A stretch of DNA of 41,705 bases from Octopus bimaculoides (GCF_001194135.2 NC_068982.1:139751725-139793429); one strand, 5' to 3'; numbered from the stretch's first letter, positions 22,801-36,299 are shown. Notes: generated by a model not told the origin, from the sequence alone. Numbers and translations are program-made.

Positions 22801-22887
22801 ATGATGTGTTAGGGACAATAACCTAAAAACCATTTTCTTTTTACCAAAATTGTTATTAGTATGACATTAAAATACGAGTGCGTGAAT

Positions 22888-23175
22888 ATGCATTACCTAG
22901 TGGTTAGGTTATTGCAGTCAGGATCACGAGATCGTGGTTTCCATTGCTGGACCGGGTTGTGCGTCTTGTTCTTGAGGAATACAGTTCATCTCATTTTGCT
23001 CTGCAGATATTTCGACGCTTGACGTGTGGTAAACCATGTACCTATTCAGGCAATGTTGATTTGATGGAGAGAATGAGCTAATGTACAGCACGAGTATTTG
23101 ATCGGTATAAATAAATCATTAGTGAAAAGTGTTCAGCAAGAAATTGGAAATTGTAGAACCGTCTTCGTCGGACTA
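22888..23175 (+). mobile_element. tRNA-derived SINE, family C (diverged)
   Basis: A-box-like TACCTAGTGGTTAGG and B-box-like GGTTTCCATTGC, followed by a TTCTTGAGGAATAC segment resembling the CORE-type TTGAGCAAGACAC. The 3' boundary is estimated from recalled similarity only. Confidence 0.45.
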
Positions 23176-24349
23176 CGAAAGACAAACCATTAAGCATAAA
23201 TCTTGTAACGGATACTAAAATAATAGATTGTTATAACAATACATTTTCAAGAAAGGGAAGCAGATCTATCATGTTCTTAGGGTTTATTTAATCTGTAAGT
23301 TAATTTTATACTGCTACTAAATTTTCAAGAAACCATCGACACTCTCGGCACTAGTAAATAAAGAATGTGTTAAAAGGAGAGATACTGGAAGAAATGGGTA
23401 CGATAGAATACAAGAGAATAATTCTTGGAGTGTGCAGTTTGAGAAAGTCTTGTATAAGAGGCCAATATTCAAAGGACGGAATGGAGATCAACTAATGGTG
23501 AATATTAGTAATATAGATACAACACGTAATTATGCGAAACAGGCCTTATGTTCAAAGAGATATAAACGCATACTTAACGACTCGTCTGAAAGTGGAGACT
23601 CGAAAGAGGTGCTACGGGGAGGATTTCAGAAAAAATGGCCAAAATTTCGGACAGACAGAACAAAACTCGTTTCTGAACTATAGTTATTCGTTGGAGGTCC
23701 TTTAAGTGATATAGTTGTTCAAGAGGAAATACTAGATATTTTTGGGACCTGTTAATCTAGGGCCTGGTTTTTGAGAAGATTTTTGAGAAGATTTACTCTG
23801 CAAACTTAATGACGAAGGGGCCAGTTTTGGCATCAAATGACCGCATTTCATAAATGCATCTTGTCGGAATTTGGAAGTAGATCACCAGACACTCTGTAAA
23901 CAATTAACATGATGCTTACGTCTGCTTCATGTCGAATTATTGTAACGTTTGTTACTTCAATTGTGTTTTAGTCCTTTATTTTCTCCCTTACCAGCTTCGT
24001 TTTTTTTTTACATAAACGTCATCGACTCAAACGACAAGTGGCAATCGGTCTTGTTCTCAAATTGAAAAATGTCAAAATAATTATTACTTTGACCAGCAGC
24101 TCTAAGTAGCTGTATTTAAGAATATTAGTGTCTTTTATGATAACATTATATATATATATTATTTATATTATATTATATATATACATATATATNNNNNNNN
24201 NNNNNNNNNNNNNNNNNNNNNNNNNNNNNNNNNNNNNNNNNNNNNNNNNNNNNNNNNNNNNNNNNNNNNNNNNNNNNNNNNNNNNNNNNNNNNNNNNNNN
24301 NNNNNNNNNNNNNNNNNNNNNNNNNNNNNNNNNNNNNNNNNNNNNNNNA

Positions 24350-24350
24350 T

Positions 24351-24405
<55 letters not shown>
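24350..24405. repeat. (GATA)n microsatellite
   Basis: Direct reading of the sequence. Confidence 0.95.
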
Positions 24406-24409
24406 TGTG

Positions 24410-24440
<31 letters not shown>

Positions 24441-26036
24441 CTATATATATATACATGTTTATGTGCGTGTGTGTGAGGACATGTATATCATTGTATTTGT
24501 TCACAAACCACTTGAGAAACGACGTTCATCTGTTTGCGCTTCGCAATTTATCGATTTGGCAATAAGAAGCGATAGAATAAGTTTTACACTTGAGAAAAAT
24601 TAGCAATTTGTTCCACTTAAACACAAAAGGACGTGTCTCGGCATGACTGCTGTCTAATGACTGAGACGAGCAAAATGTTAAAACAATAAAATAATTTTCG
24701 AAACGGAATGCTAATCTCAGTATAAATTCCTCGATACTTTATCGATTTCACATTCACCTGATCCGTCACAAAATAGTTGTCTAAGTGGAAGTTCTAACAG
24801 TTATTGATAATTCTGTATTTGTTCAAATGGACCCTTTGTAACCAATTGAAAATATGTTGCATTTTATCAATTTATGCATTCAAAGAAATAGAATTGTTAG
24901 CACATATCTTTCCCTTAATCTTTGCATTAATTCCTCAAATCTTTGAATATTTCAAATAGAGAAATAAATGTAATTATATATCAGATATCGTTCATTTGAT
25001 AGTCTAATAAAAGGAATCGGAATCCAGCAGGCTTTGATTCAGAAATATTTATATCACAATAAAATTCTGATCATAGAAATGTAACTTAAGAGCATGATTC
25101 ATACGATCATATATTATATTTCATTGTTAGCGAAAGCAAACAATTATACAAGAAACCACACCTATCATTGTAATCTAGTCCAACATTTCTCTGTGGAAAA
25201 TAACTAATAGAATAAAGCAGGCGGAGTCAAATTTTTAAACGGATTTTTTTTTTATCTTTGCCTTCTCTCACAAATTCCTAATTGTTTACATTGCACTAAG
25301 AAACCCGAACAAGATTTTCTTTTACTTCGATTTCATTCTTAATTGATACAGGTTTTCTGTTTTCTGTTAAGTCGTTCGAGTGAAGCATTAGAATTCAAAT
25401 GAATTAGATTTCATGTAAGTCTTGTTTTCTTTATGAAACTATATTTCGAAAATATAAACAATTAGACGAAGAACCGTAGCAGAAATGTTTGATGTTTCGT
25501 TATAAAATAGTAGTTACGTTCATATTGAACTAAACTATTAGTGAGTAGAGAAGTAGAAGCGGTAAAATCAATTGGAAGAAAAAACGTAAAGTATAAGTTA
25601 ACAGTATGAGGAAAGTCAATTCATAAAGGAAATCCGATTTCAACTAAAATGAACTCAAACTAGTTACATTATCGAAGAAATCTAAATCTTAATGTTGTGA
25701 CATTGATGATATTTTATTTTAAGAATTTATCTAAATAGTATTTTAGATAAATTAAATAATCCATTTGTATTTGATTATGAATATATTGGAAATACGGAGC
25801 TCTCCACCTGGGTCATGCATTTTGTGTTTAGTCTATGGTTCAAAAAGGTTAGTACAAATTGTATGGTATGCTCGAAAACAATTGGTATTAATACGTTGAA
25901 ACATGAAATGAATACAAGCATACACTTTCATTCAAGTATCATGGTGAAACCTTGACATAACGGCATCCAGAACTTGTTGCCTTTTATTTTAAAATACTCT
26001 AAATGCATTTGATGACATGCTAGTCCCAATACATAG

Positions 26037-27271
26037 TATTAGTTAATCAAATATGAAATTTGTAGAAAAGAAAAAAAAAGTTTGCTAATGTTTTATAACT
26101 ACAAGGAATAGTTTTATTCATCAAAGTATGCCCCCATATTGTCAATACACTTTTTACATTTCAACGGTAGCTTGTCCATCCCGGAATTGTAAAAGCCTGG
26201 CAATCTAGAATCAATAAAATCTTGGAAAGCCTGTTTTACAGCATCGTTGGAATTAAATTTTTTTCCCATGAAAAATTATCTCAATTCTGGAAGAAATGGG
26301 GTAAATTCAGGTGAGTATGGTGGATGATGGAGAACTTCCAACTCCAACTTCTATAGTTTCGTCAATGTTATTTTTCGGTCTTGGTGTTGTCATGCAAGAA
26401 AAATAGGAGTGGATCTATTGACTAATCTAGGCTGTTTTTTCGTACGTTTCTGCATAATTTAGTCCAGTTGGCTGCAGTGTACTTCGGCCGTGATTGAGGA
26501 GCCAGATTTAATGAAATCATAATAGATCAAACCTGTGCCAGACACCAAACACACACCATCAGCTTCTTTTGATATATGTTACTTTTTGGACTGTGTTTTG
26601 GTGGCTCATCTTTGTTCAGCCATTTTGGTGAACATTTACGGTTGTCGTAATGGATCCATTTCTCATCACATGATTCATTTTTGTGTCTGGAAATGCAGCC
26701 TTCCAAACGTTGCCGTTTCTGATTTTCATTGCGTTCATGTGGAACCCACTTATCCCACTTTTTCACTTCACCGATTTGAACTAGGTGAGTCAATACTGTT
26801 TGTTTGGTAGCACAAAACAACACCCATAATAAGGGCACTTTGAGATGGATCTAACTCGACGGTGACTTTCAGTTCGTCATTATCCACCTTTGTTTCTGGT
26901 CGACCACGTTTCCTCATTTGTGAGGGCAAATTTACCAGAGCGAAATTTGCAAACTGTCTGCTGTGTAATAACATTAGAATGAAATACTCCATGATATTCC
27001 GAGCTGTCTGTGATGCTGTATTTCCAAGAAACAATTCATATTTCAAAACTGTACGAATTTCCGACTTATCCATCTCCAAACAAAAAAACAGAAGCAAAAA
27101 CACGATATATAAATACTTTATAAAGCGCAAAATGAGTTAGAATAAAGAAATAGATGTGTCAGTGTCCTAATAAAAAATACAGATTGTCAAAATATAATAA
27201 GGGCGCAAAATGAACAGCTGTCGAAGATTACCATATACCTTACCACGAATTTCATACTTGACAACCTAATA
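26037..27271 (-). mobile_element. Full-length decayed mariner transposon (about 1.23 kb)
   Basis: Ends TATTAGTTAATCAAATATGAAATT (26037-) and AATTTCATACTTGACAACCTAATA (27248-27271) are inverted repeats with terminal TA. The broken transposase starts at 27073: MDKSEIRTVLKYELFLG, RGRP, WVPHE, CDEKWIHYDN, FLHDN, HHPPYSPEFTP (26298-26330). The N-terminus resembles Hsmar1/cecropia-type mariners. Confidence 0.9.
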
Positions 27272-28010
27272 GTACATTCCCTGAAAATAGCAGCTAGAAC
27301 CCAACATAAAACATGAATAGATATCAATTGTAGAAGTTCCTTTCTAAGACGTATTCAGAAGTCGAATCTCCTCATGTTTAATATCATGACATATTTATAA
27401 CTACATTTTAATATTAGTTCATATCTGTTTACTATCAACTGAACAATATTTGTTTATACATTGTTTATTCATTCGACGTTACTCAAGAATAGTTATTTAA
27501 ATGAGTGAATTTGGTGCATTATATGATCGAAAAATTTAATTTCAGTATATAAAAAAAAAACATACATCGACGTATTCCGCTCATTGATTTCGTACTGCGA
27601 AAATGACGGAAGAAGAAATACTCGCATGAAAAACAAAAAGACTAAAAATATATTCAGTCTTGCATTTAATACTACAAGCTAATGCAAGCGTACAAGATAC
27701 ACACGGAATTGATAAAATGTATTTTATCAAAATCCTATATCAAATATGAATGTTTGTACACAGAATAAAACTATCCCTTGAAATATATCAAGTTTATTAT
27801 ATCAGGTTATTTTTACAATATGCTGCCTATTCATTTCTGATGCTCAAAAAGAGGCCTAGTGGTTTAGAGCGCATGTGTCACAGCTATGTATGTGTGTTCA
27901 ATTCCTGGATTGCATGGTGTAGAGTGATCTTGTGCGAGGCATTATTTCATTGAACATTCTCCAATATATTCATTAAGAACTGAATACCAATCAATATTGA
28001 TACAGCAGTC

Positions 28011-28069
28011 TTTGTCTGTCTGTTTCTGTCTGTTTCTGTCTGTTTCTGTCTGTTTCTGTCTGTTTCTCC

Positions 28070-28131
<62 letters not shown>
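28011..28131. repeat. (TGTTTCTGTC)n 10-mer repeat followed by (CT)n
   Basis: About 4.5 perfect 10-bp units from 28021, then a CT tract. Confidence 0.9.
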
Positions 28132-28133
<2 letters not shown>

Positions 28134-31100
28134 CTGGATCTTCCTTTGCGTCACATATAAATCTGACGAGAGTTTGTCTTCTCGCGAGTTCGAAAGCATC
28201 GGAAACGATAAGTGAAAGCATGGTAAATGTTACCAGGTTCTGTTTGCGACTTGTGGCTAAGTATGAAAATACAAATATATTTTATTCTAAGGAAATTTAA
28301 ACGTAAGAAATTTGAGCCAGTGGCACAAATTAATGTTAGCATTTCCATGCAGGTCAACAGAACCTGATCGCAACATGGCAATGGAATAATTATTAGCCAA
28401 ATATTATGTTTCAAGACTGTTACACGCATAATATTTTTCGTGTCCGTTTAAGCCTGATTTACTACATTAATAAATGTATTCGGAATACATAAACATGTCT
28501 AGAGATCGAAGATTTAAGCCAGCCGTATAATATAATCTTACATTGCTGAAAATTGTTACAGTTTATACTTCGATAAATTTTAATTACATTGCTCAGTCAT
28601 TTTTATTTCATTTTTTCTTCATTTGCATTGTTCAATTCGTGAATTTTCTTCTTATAATAAACTTTCATTGCCGAGGGACTTTAGAAGGTCCTATATATAC
28701 TTTAGAAAGTCCATTTTTTGGTTGATCCCATGACACAGAAACTCGGACACCTTTTCTTCATTTTATCAGACAAATATTTTGCTTGAGGATTTGCAAATTC
28801 CTAACGCGTGCTTGATTCAAGTAGGAACAGCTCTTGCGTGTGATTTGGCGGACAAATTAATACCTCCCAGACACCGCTTGTTCTTCTGTGCTATATATAC
28901 ATTCGCTTGCACCAGGTCTTCCAAGCTCTGAAAATGTTCGTTCGTGACTCCAATAAGATTTCTGTACTGACTCACGTACGAAGATATTTCTATAGTGGCT
29001 TTATTTTCTCCGCTTACTATATAGTTAAATAAAAATGGGTATCCTAAAGGTCACAAAATGTTACGGCGTAAAGCAAAATTCCATCAATTTTTCATTTACT
29101 TTTGACTAGGAATAAGCTTCTCAATTGAGAAAAAAATGGACTATCATTGTATAGCTTCGTATAAAATCCTTCAAGGACAAAAAGAAGCAGTTTTTCTCTC
29201 ATGAAATAAAAGGTGCTGTTTTCTGAGGATATAATACAAATATTGTCCCTTTAATTATACAATGTATTGCCTTAAAACTTGTAAAACAGGAAGATTGCAA
29301 CGAAAATTACATTTCATTAAAATTATTTTTCTTTTACTTAGTTTGATGTAATTAATAACTTTATGCATTAAATTAATTGTCATCTTGTATGTCATTTCAA
29401 TAGCCTGTTCTATTTATCTACAAATGCATGCCGTTGTAGTAAAGTAGTTATCAATATATACATTACCAGCCTGGTGCAAACATTTGAAACTAAAAACATT
29501 TGTGTCTTTCTGTTTCAGATACATTCTTTCGTCATTATCATTACTGGTTATGATTTCGTTGTTTAAATTATTAAATAGCTCGTAATGATATATCCTCTTG
29601 TCAAATTAACCATTAGGATTTATCTAAGTGATATTGCGGTTGGCATACATTCCCATATTCCGTTTTCATTCGTTAGTTTTGTGGGTTTAAAGTTTGCAAT
29701 AAATTAACGTTAACTTACATATTTGGAAAAAAAAAACATTTTGTTGGATATGAAAATAGACTCTAAGTTTTTAATGATCATGCATTATCAAATATTTGAA
29801 TAACATTCTTCAGACTGTTCGGTTTCTGTATATTTTCATGTGTGTTTATGCATATTATTATGGTCAATATTATCTTAATAATTTCGATCTGTTTTGAAAT
29901 TTTTGTAAACAAAGCTTAAGAAATGAGGAGTGTAGAAACAAAAACAAAACAAAAATACAGTCGACATAGTCATGGTTTGAAATGTTGTTATTATAATTTT
30001 ACGGCTCTAAATGAGATATTTGGATGCACTTGATACATTTAACAGATTTCATAAAATCTTTAGAGATAATAAATAGAAATGTGCAAGTCTGATAGAATGA
30101 AGAAAATGTCAAGAAAAATTCACGCAATAAAAGAAAAACAGCTACGCAAAATAGAAGATCGTTCGTTTGAGGTGCATATTTCATACGTAGCCAAAAATAT
30201 CTGATATTTATGAAAAACCCTAAGACACGCATCCAAAAACGAAAAAAAAAGCACTTTTATTGTTTAATACCGGAGAAAATATCCCTGTAATGTACAACAA
30301 TTTACGTATAGCATTATTATAGCATATAAAGGTAAATAAAAAATCGAAAATGAATTACATTCATACCAAGGTATCTTCATACACAAACAACAACTTTATC
30401 ATTATACACTTCTCTAAGGATTTTTATGATTATATTTAAAACATGATATCAGATTGGTCTCGTATATTAATGGAATTCCTGATACAATTCCACGTCTGCG
30501 AAAAGCGATAGACATACTACTAACTTGTTTATATTATGATTGTGTTGAGACAGCGATGACCTCACAAATATATGTATGGTTATATACACGTATGATACCT
30601 ATGCAAACAGAAGCACATACATACATATTTATGTATCTAGATATATTCATATACATTAGGAGACGCCTAGATAAATACACATACATTTCTGCATTTATTT
30701 CTCACACGCCATTTCCTTATTAGTATAACATCAATCACTAGAGCAAATTATGTATGCGTATATATATANNNNNNNNNNNNNNNNNNNNNNNNNNNNNNNN
30801 NNNNNNNNNNNNNNNNNNNNNNNNNNNNNNNNNNNNNNNNNNNNNNNNNNNNNNNNNNNNNNNNNNNNNNNNNNNNNNNNNNNNNNNNNNNNNNNNNNNN
30901 NNNNNNNNNNNNNNNNNNNNNNNNNNNNNNNNNNNNNNNNNNNNNNNNNNNNNNNNNNNNNNNNNNNNNNNNNNNNNNNNNNNNNNNNNNNNNNNNNNNN
31001 NNNNNNNNNNNNNNNNNNNNNNNNNNNNNNNNNNNNNNNNNNNNNNNNNNNNNNNNNNNNNNNNNNNNNNNNNNNNNNNNNNNNNNNNNNNNNNNNNNNN

Positions 31101-32020
31101 NNNNNNNNNNNNNNNNNNNNNNNNNNNNNNNNNNNNNNNNNNNNNNNNNNNNNNNNNNNNNNNNNNNNNNNNNNNNNNNNNNNNNNNNNNNNNNNNNNNN
31201 NNNNNNNNNNNNNNNNNNNNNNTATATATATGAGTGTGTGTATTTGGGTGGTGTGAGCGTATTTATGTATTTCAATTTCGTATTTTGTTTTCTAGATTTT
31301 TGATGTGAATTCGTGTGATGCACACACACACACATATATATGCATACACACATAAAAACACATATGTAAACACACACACTCACACATACATATATATATA
31401 TACATATATACGCTGTTTCCAAAGTAATCTGTTCAAAATCAATAAATATAATCTAATTCAAATCTTAGCTCTGTAAGTGAAGATTTATCGATATACTCTA
31501 TAATGTACTTTTATCAGGAAACTAAAATTTATGAATAAAAAGAAAATATTGACATACTTTTTCATATATAGATCTGAAGTCATATTTCTAACCTGAATAT
31601 CAAATCGTTATGATATTTGGCGCGAATCTAAAACACAGATCAAAATAATTTTTATGTTTTCACACATTATTCTGTGAAACAAAACGGTGTCTGGTTCACC
31701 ATTTGATAGTTTGTATCACCACTTGATAGTTTGAGTGTTAGCCTTAAATCACAGCCAATATTAATGAAACTGTTGGCTTACAAATGCTTTTAGTGCTACA
31801 CATGAAGACCACATTTTTAGCGCAACGATAACTGGATATTTTCGTGCTTGTTTCTTATTCCTGCATTAGCGGAATAAACACTTCCTCTTACATTGAACAT
31901 TTCAGCAACGAAGAGCTAGTCAACGAACATAAATGAATTAAATGCAATAAATAAAATATATAAATACATATAACACATAGAGTTGCCCTTTCTTATCTGA
32001 TCCCATATAAATAAAGTATT

Positions 32021-32790
32021 TACTAGGGAGTACCCAAAAGAAACATGAATTTTTGCAATATTATTTTATTCACTTAGATTTTGACGTTTACAATTTTATC
32101 GCCTTCATAGTGTCCTCAGTTTGAAGCAATGCATCAGTCCAGACGCGTTTTCTACTGCTCGAAGCAGTGCTGGAACTTCTGTTACGTGATGCTTTTAATG
32201 TATCTGTCGTCTCTTTCTTCACCTGTTCCACACCTGAAAATTCAATCCATCAGCTTTCTTCACTAGTGATGACTTTCGAAAAAAGGCCCGGATCAACTTC
32301 CAACTATTCTTTCAGTTTACTATACGCATTCACTCCTGGTTAATTTTGATCTTCCTTGAACAAGCGAGGCACAAACTTTGCTGTAACTCTTTCCATTCAC
32401 ACTTCTTCGCTGAAAAGTCATTGGTATGAACTCTAAGACACGCGAGTCATATCAACGACCTCGTGAATTGTTCGGTGACGGTCTCGTTCAGGAGGTCGAC
32501 GCACGCCCTGAACGAGGCTGGCCTTCAAGCGACAAGTGGTCATTGATAAAGAGGGAAAACCACTCGCAAACTTGTGTTTTCCTTATGGTAGCGTCCCTGT
32601 GAGCTGTTTGAAGGACAGGAAGTGTTCCCGTCGCCGTTTTCCCCAGCAGAAAACAGAATTTCAGAGATGTTCGTTGTTCCTTGTTGTCAGCCATCACAAA
32701 ATCGACGGATAGTGGAGAGGCACTACAAACAAAAGACGCACCACGTGGCAGTAAGACATTAGTGGACGACGCTGGTCAGCAAATTGATGC
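32021..32790 (-). mobile_element. Internally deleted mariner relic
   Basis: MADNKEQRTSLKFCFLLGKTATGTL...KTQVCEWF...QPRSGRAST is a mariner HTH N-terminus. It continues to a KFVPRL segment and VITSEES (cf. VITGDES), then jumps to C-terminal sequence. The left end TACTAGGGAGTACCCAAAA is TIR-like. I did not identify the right TIR. Confidence 0.8.
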
Positions 32791-33578
32791 CTGAGGAATT
32801 TTTGCATCATATGAATATACGGAAAGTACTGGAGAAGATAAATTTAAAATCAGAATATTTCACTTCTGTTATCGACCATTCTTTGTGTTGGGATGGACAC
32901 TACTTTGAAAATAATAACATGCGTATATGATAAACAGACACGTAAAAGGACTTGATGCATCTCATGGAGTTGTATCACATACGTATTGTTTGTGCGCCTT
33001 CATTTTTGACAATCCCAGATGGAGTTATTTAAGTTATACATTATAATAAAATAATTATAGTTATAATTTTCATCTTTTTATATTATATTTGATATTCTAG
33101 TTGAAGCCTATTTACCTCGACGAAAATGCTAAGTGCTAAGGTAAGAGTTATTAAAATATGTTCTCCGGAAAGGATTGAAAAATCCAAGTTTAATGGAAAC
33201 GAAAAATCCAAGTAGTAAGCATTTCTTAAAATTGAAACTTCCTCATTAACAGATAAGAATATATCTTATATATAAGGGACATATAACTTATATATAAGGG
33301 ACAATGTTGTAGTCCGAATTTAGCGATTTAATTTTCTATTTTCTGTAGATATCTAGCATATATTGGTTAGGAAGTGAAATTAGTTCAGAAAATATCAACA
33401 TATTTAGAGCAACGGTTTGACATTGCATGTTAGACAATAATTTAAACAATTTTTTCTATATACTTATACACGCACACATGTGTATGTATAACNNNNNNNN
33501 NNNNNNNNNNNNNNNNNNNNNNNNNNNNNNNNNNNNNNNNNNNNNNNNNNATATATATATATATATATATATATATGG

Positions 33579-33596
33579 ATAGATAGATAGATAGAC

Positions 33597-33643
<47 letters not shown>
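33579..33643. repeat. (GATA)n microsatellite
   Basis: Direct reading of the sequence. Confidence 0.95.
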
Positions 33644-33646
<3 letters not shown>

Positions 33647-34369
33647 ATGGATAGAGAGAGAGTGTGTGAAAAAGAATTAGAGAAATGGATAGAGAGGAAT
33701 GCGAGTTTATATCAATATATACAGTTATAAATATATACACACACATAAGCATACAACAACAGTATCTCTCACAAACACATTCATGATATATAAGTATATG
33801 TACAGCGAGTGTGTGTGTGAGTGTGTGTGTGTGCGTGTTTGCGTATAAGTTAAAAGTTAAATTTACATCAATTCCGCCGACCTCGATTCCATATATTGAA
33901 GTAAAATAATTGTGAAGCCATTCGCATTGCAGTGTATTCAACATAGATCCTCTGTTCCTATTAATTTACTCTCCAAAAGTAAGAAATAGATTATTAACTT
34001 TGCTTTCATAATTTATTGATTGCTTTCAAGGAATATTTAGTAATCGATTGAACTTCTAAGTTTGTATTTTTTCTTTTGTATTGAAATTACTACTTTGCAA
34101 ATAAAAATCAATAACACCCATCGTGAGAAGATACATAGTTCTGAGCACATTCAGGTGGAAATTTACATCACCAGAAATACATACGTACACCTATACATAT
34201 ACATACACACACATATATACATATAATTATNNNNNNNNNNNNNNNNNNNNNNNNNNNNNNNNNNNNNNNNNNNNNNNNNNNNNNNNNNNNNNNNNNNNNN
34301 NNNNNNNNNNNNNNNNNNNNNNNNNNNNNTATATATATATGTATGTATGTATGTATATACATATATATA

Positions 34370-34788
34370 GGCGTAGGAGTGGCTGTCTGGTAAGCAGCTC
34401 GCTTGCCAGACACATGGTTCTTAGTTTAGTCCCACTGCGTGGCATCTTGGGCATGTGTCTTCTAATATAGTCTCGGGCTTGTGCGTGGATTTGGTTGAGG
34501 GAAACTGAAATATGCCCGTCGTATGTCTGTGTGTGTGTGTGTGTGTATGTGTGTGTGTATATATATGTGTGTGTGTGTGTGTGTTTGTGTTTGTGTTTGT
34601 CCTCCACTATCGCTTGACAACCGATGCGCGTCTATATCCCCATAATCAACGGTTCGGCAAAAGACAACCGATATAATAAGTACTAGGCTTACACAGAATA
34701 AGTCATGCAGTCGATGTGTTCGATTAAAGACGGTGCACCAGCATGGCTGCAGTCAAATATCTGAAACAAATATGTGAATAAAAGAATA
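34370..34788 (+). mobile_element. tRNA-derived CORE-type SINE, family D, with internal (GT)n
   Basis: Head GGCGTAGGAGTGGCTGTCTGGTAAG, B-box-like AGTTTAGTCCC and CORE-like ATCTTGGGCATGTGTCTT. It has an internal GT microsatellite and an A-rich tail, and resembles an abundant octopus SINE as I recall it. Confidence 0.75.
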
Positions 34789-35243
34789 TCTATATATATA
34801 TATAAATTTACACTCACGCACATACACGCACCCACACGTACACACACACACCCACAGACACACACACACATACATACATACATACATACATACATTCATA
34901 CATATATACACTATACACTTACATATACATATATATATATATATACACACACACTTACACACACTTACACACACNNNNNNNNNNNNNNNNNNNNNNNNNN
35001 NNNNNNNNNNNNNNNNNNNNNNNNNNNNNNNNNNNNNNNNNNNNNNNNNNNNNNNNNNNNNNNNNNNNNNNNNNNNNNNNNNNNNNNNNNNNNNNNNNNN
35101 NNNNNNNNNNNNNNNNNNNNNNNNNNNNNNNNNNNNNNNNNNNNNNNNNNNNNNNNNNNNNNNNNNNNNNNNNNNNNNNNNNNNNNNNNNNNNNNNNNNN
35201 NNNNNNNNNNNNNNNNNNNNNTATATATATATATATATATATA

Positions 35244-35475
35244 TATTGGGTTGTCCGGAAAGTTCGTGCCGATTTATTGTAGCTTACCTTTCGACTTATT
35301 TGCCATGAAACCACCTCGATTCTGGGAAGAGGGTATTTTCATGTTAAAGGAAAGATGGAGACGCATTGGGCAACAGAATGGTTCATATTTGGTTGATCAA
35401 AAATGTAAGGGCAAGTATTTATTGACTTTTTTCTTTCCTGTAACAAACGGCACGAACTGTCCGGACAACCTCATA
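35244..35475 (+). mobile_element. Mariner-derived MITE (232 bp)
   Basis: 28-bp TIRs TATTGGGTTGTCCGGAAAGTTCGTGCCG / CGGCACGAACTGTCCGGACAACCTCATA (3 mismatches) with TA ends. The interior encodes KPPRFWEEGIFMLKERWRRIGQQNGSYL, a mariner transposase C-terminus. Confidence 0.9.
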
Positions 35476-35881
35476 GTATTTGTCAAAAATTTTGCGGGAA
35501 AAACATATGCTAGTTAAATTGAAAAATATTCATGTGTAGATTTCTATCTTATATATGGTATTTTCTTGATGTATATGTATCTATGCACTTATAAATAAAT
35601 TTAAAATGTGGTGAGAGTTTAGTGAAAATGAATTTCTCGTTGGCCTTTCAATTTTACGAATGACTTTCAGCTTTAGAATAATTTCTACAGCTTGATTTTA
35701 TGCGTTCATTATAAGAAGGGGTATCGATTCTCAATAACGAACGGTCCTTATATTATATTTAAATAAATAGGCTCCAAAGAAATTCGATATTCTCATTCAC
35801 TTATCATTTGCAAAATAACAAATTTAGGAAAATAATCTTTTAGACATTTTCGACTATTTTGAATATCTATGTATTTACTAA

Positions 35882-36012
35882 TCTCTCTCTCTCTCTCTCG
35901 CACCCACTCTCTCTCGCACTCTCTCTCTCTCTCTCTCTCTCTCTCGCACCCTCTATTTCTCGCACCTTCTCTCTTTCTCTCGCACCGTCTCTCTCTCGCA
36001 CCCTCTCTCTCC
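35882..36012. repeat. (CT)n tract interrupted by six CGCAC units
   Basis: Direct reading of the sequence. Confidence 0.9.
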
Positions 36013-36299
36013 TTGTACACATACACACGCACACACACACAATTGTAGTTGTTTTAAAGCAAAAGCTAAGTGTGCTGAAAGACTGAAAACATATCTCGTT
36101 GTTTAGTACGGGTATTTCAATATTTGGGAAGTAAGACCCCCTCTTTCAGGAAATTTAGTGTTTGTTTATGAAAAGTTATCTTACTTCAGCATAGTAGTCT
36201 ATCGACTGCGTGCACTTCTGATTTCTTATTTATCCTCGGGTTGGACAGGATAATTAGAATAGTTTCTTTTATTCTCAAGTTCCCCGTATTTCTTTCTAT

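Noticed and set aside
23432-23683. 83-aa ORF in purine-rich sequence
   Set aside because: It uses a GTG start and has no recognisable motif. It is probably a decayed repeat.
28720-28990. GC-richer block with a ~50-codon minus-strand frame (YVSQYRNLIGVTNEHFQSLEDLVQ...)
   Set aside because: I could not assign it to any family, and in-frame stops follow. A BLASTX search would be needed.
31697-31733. 17-bp direct repeat CACCA(T/C)TTGATAGTTTG at 20-bp spacing
   Set aside because: Only two units, consistent with an ordinary local slippage duplication.
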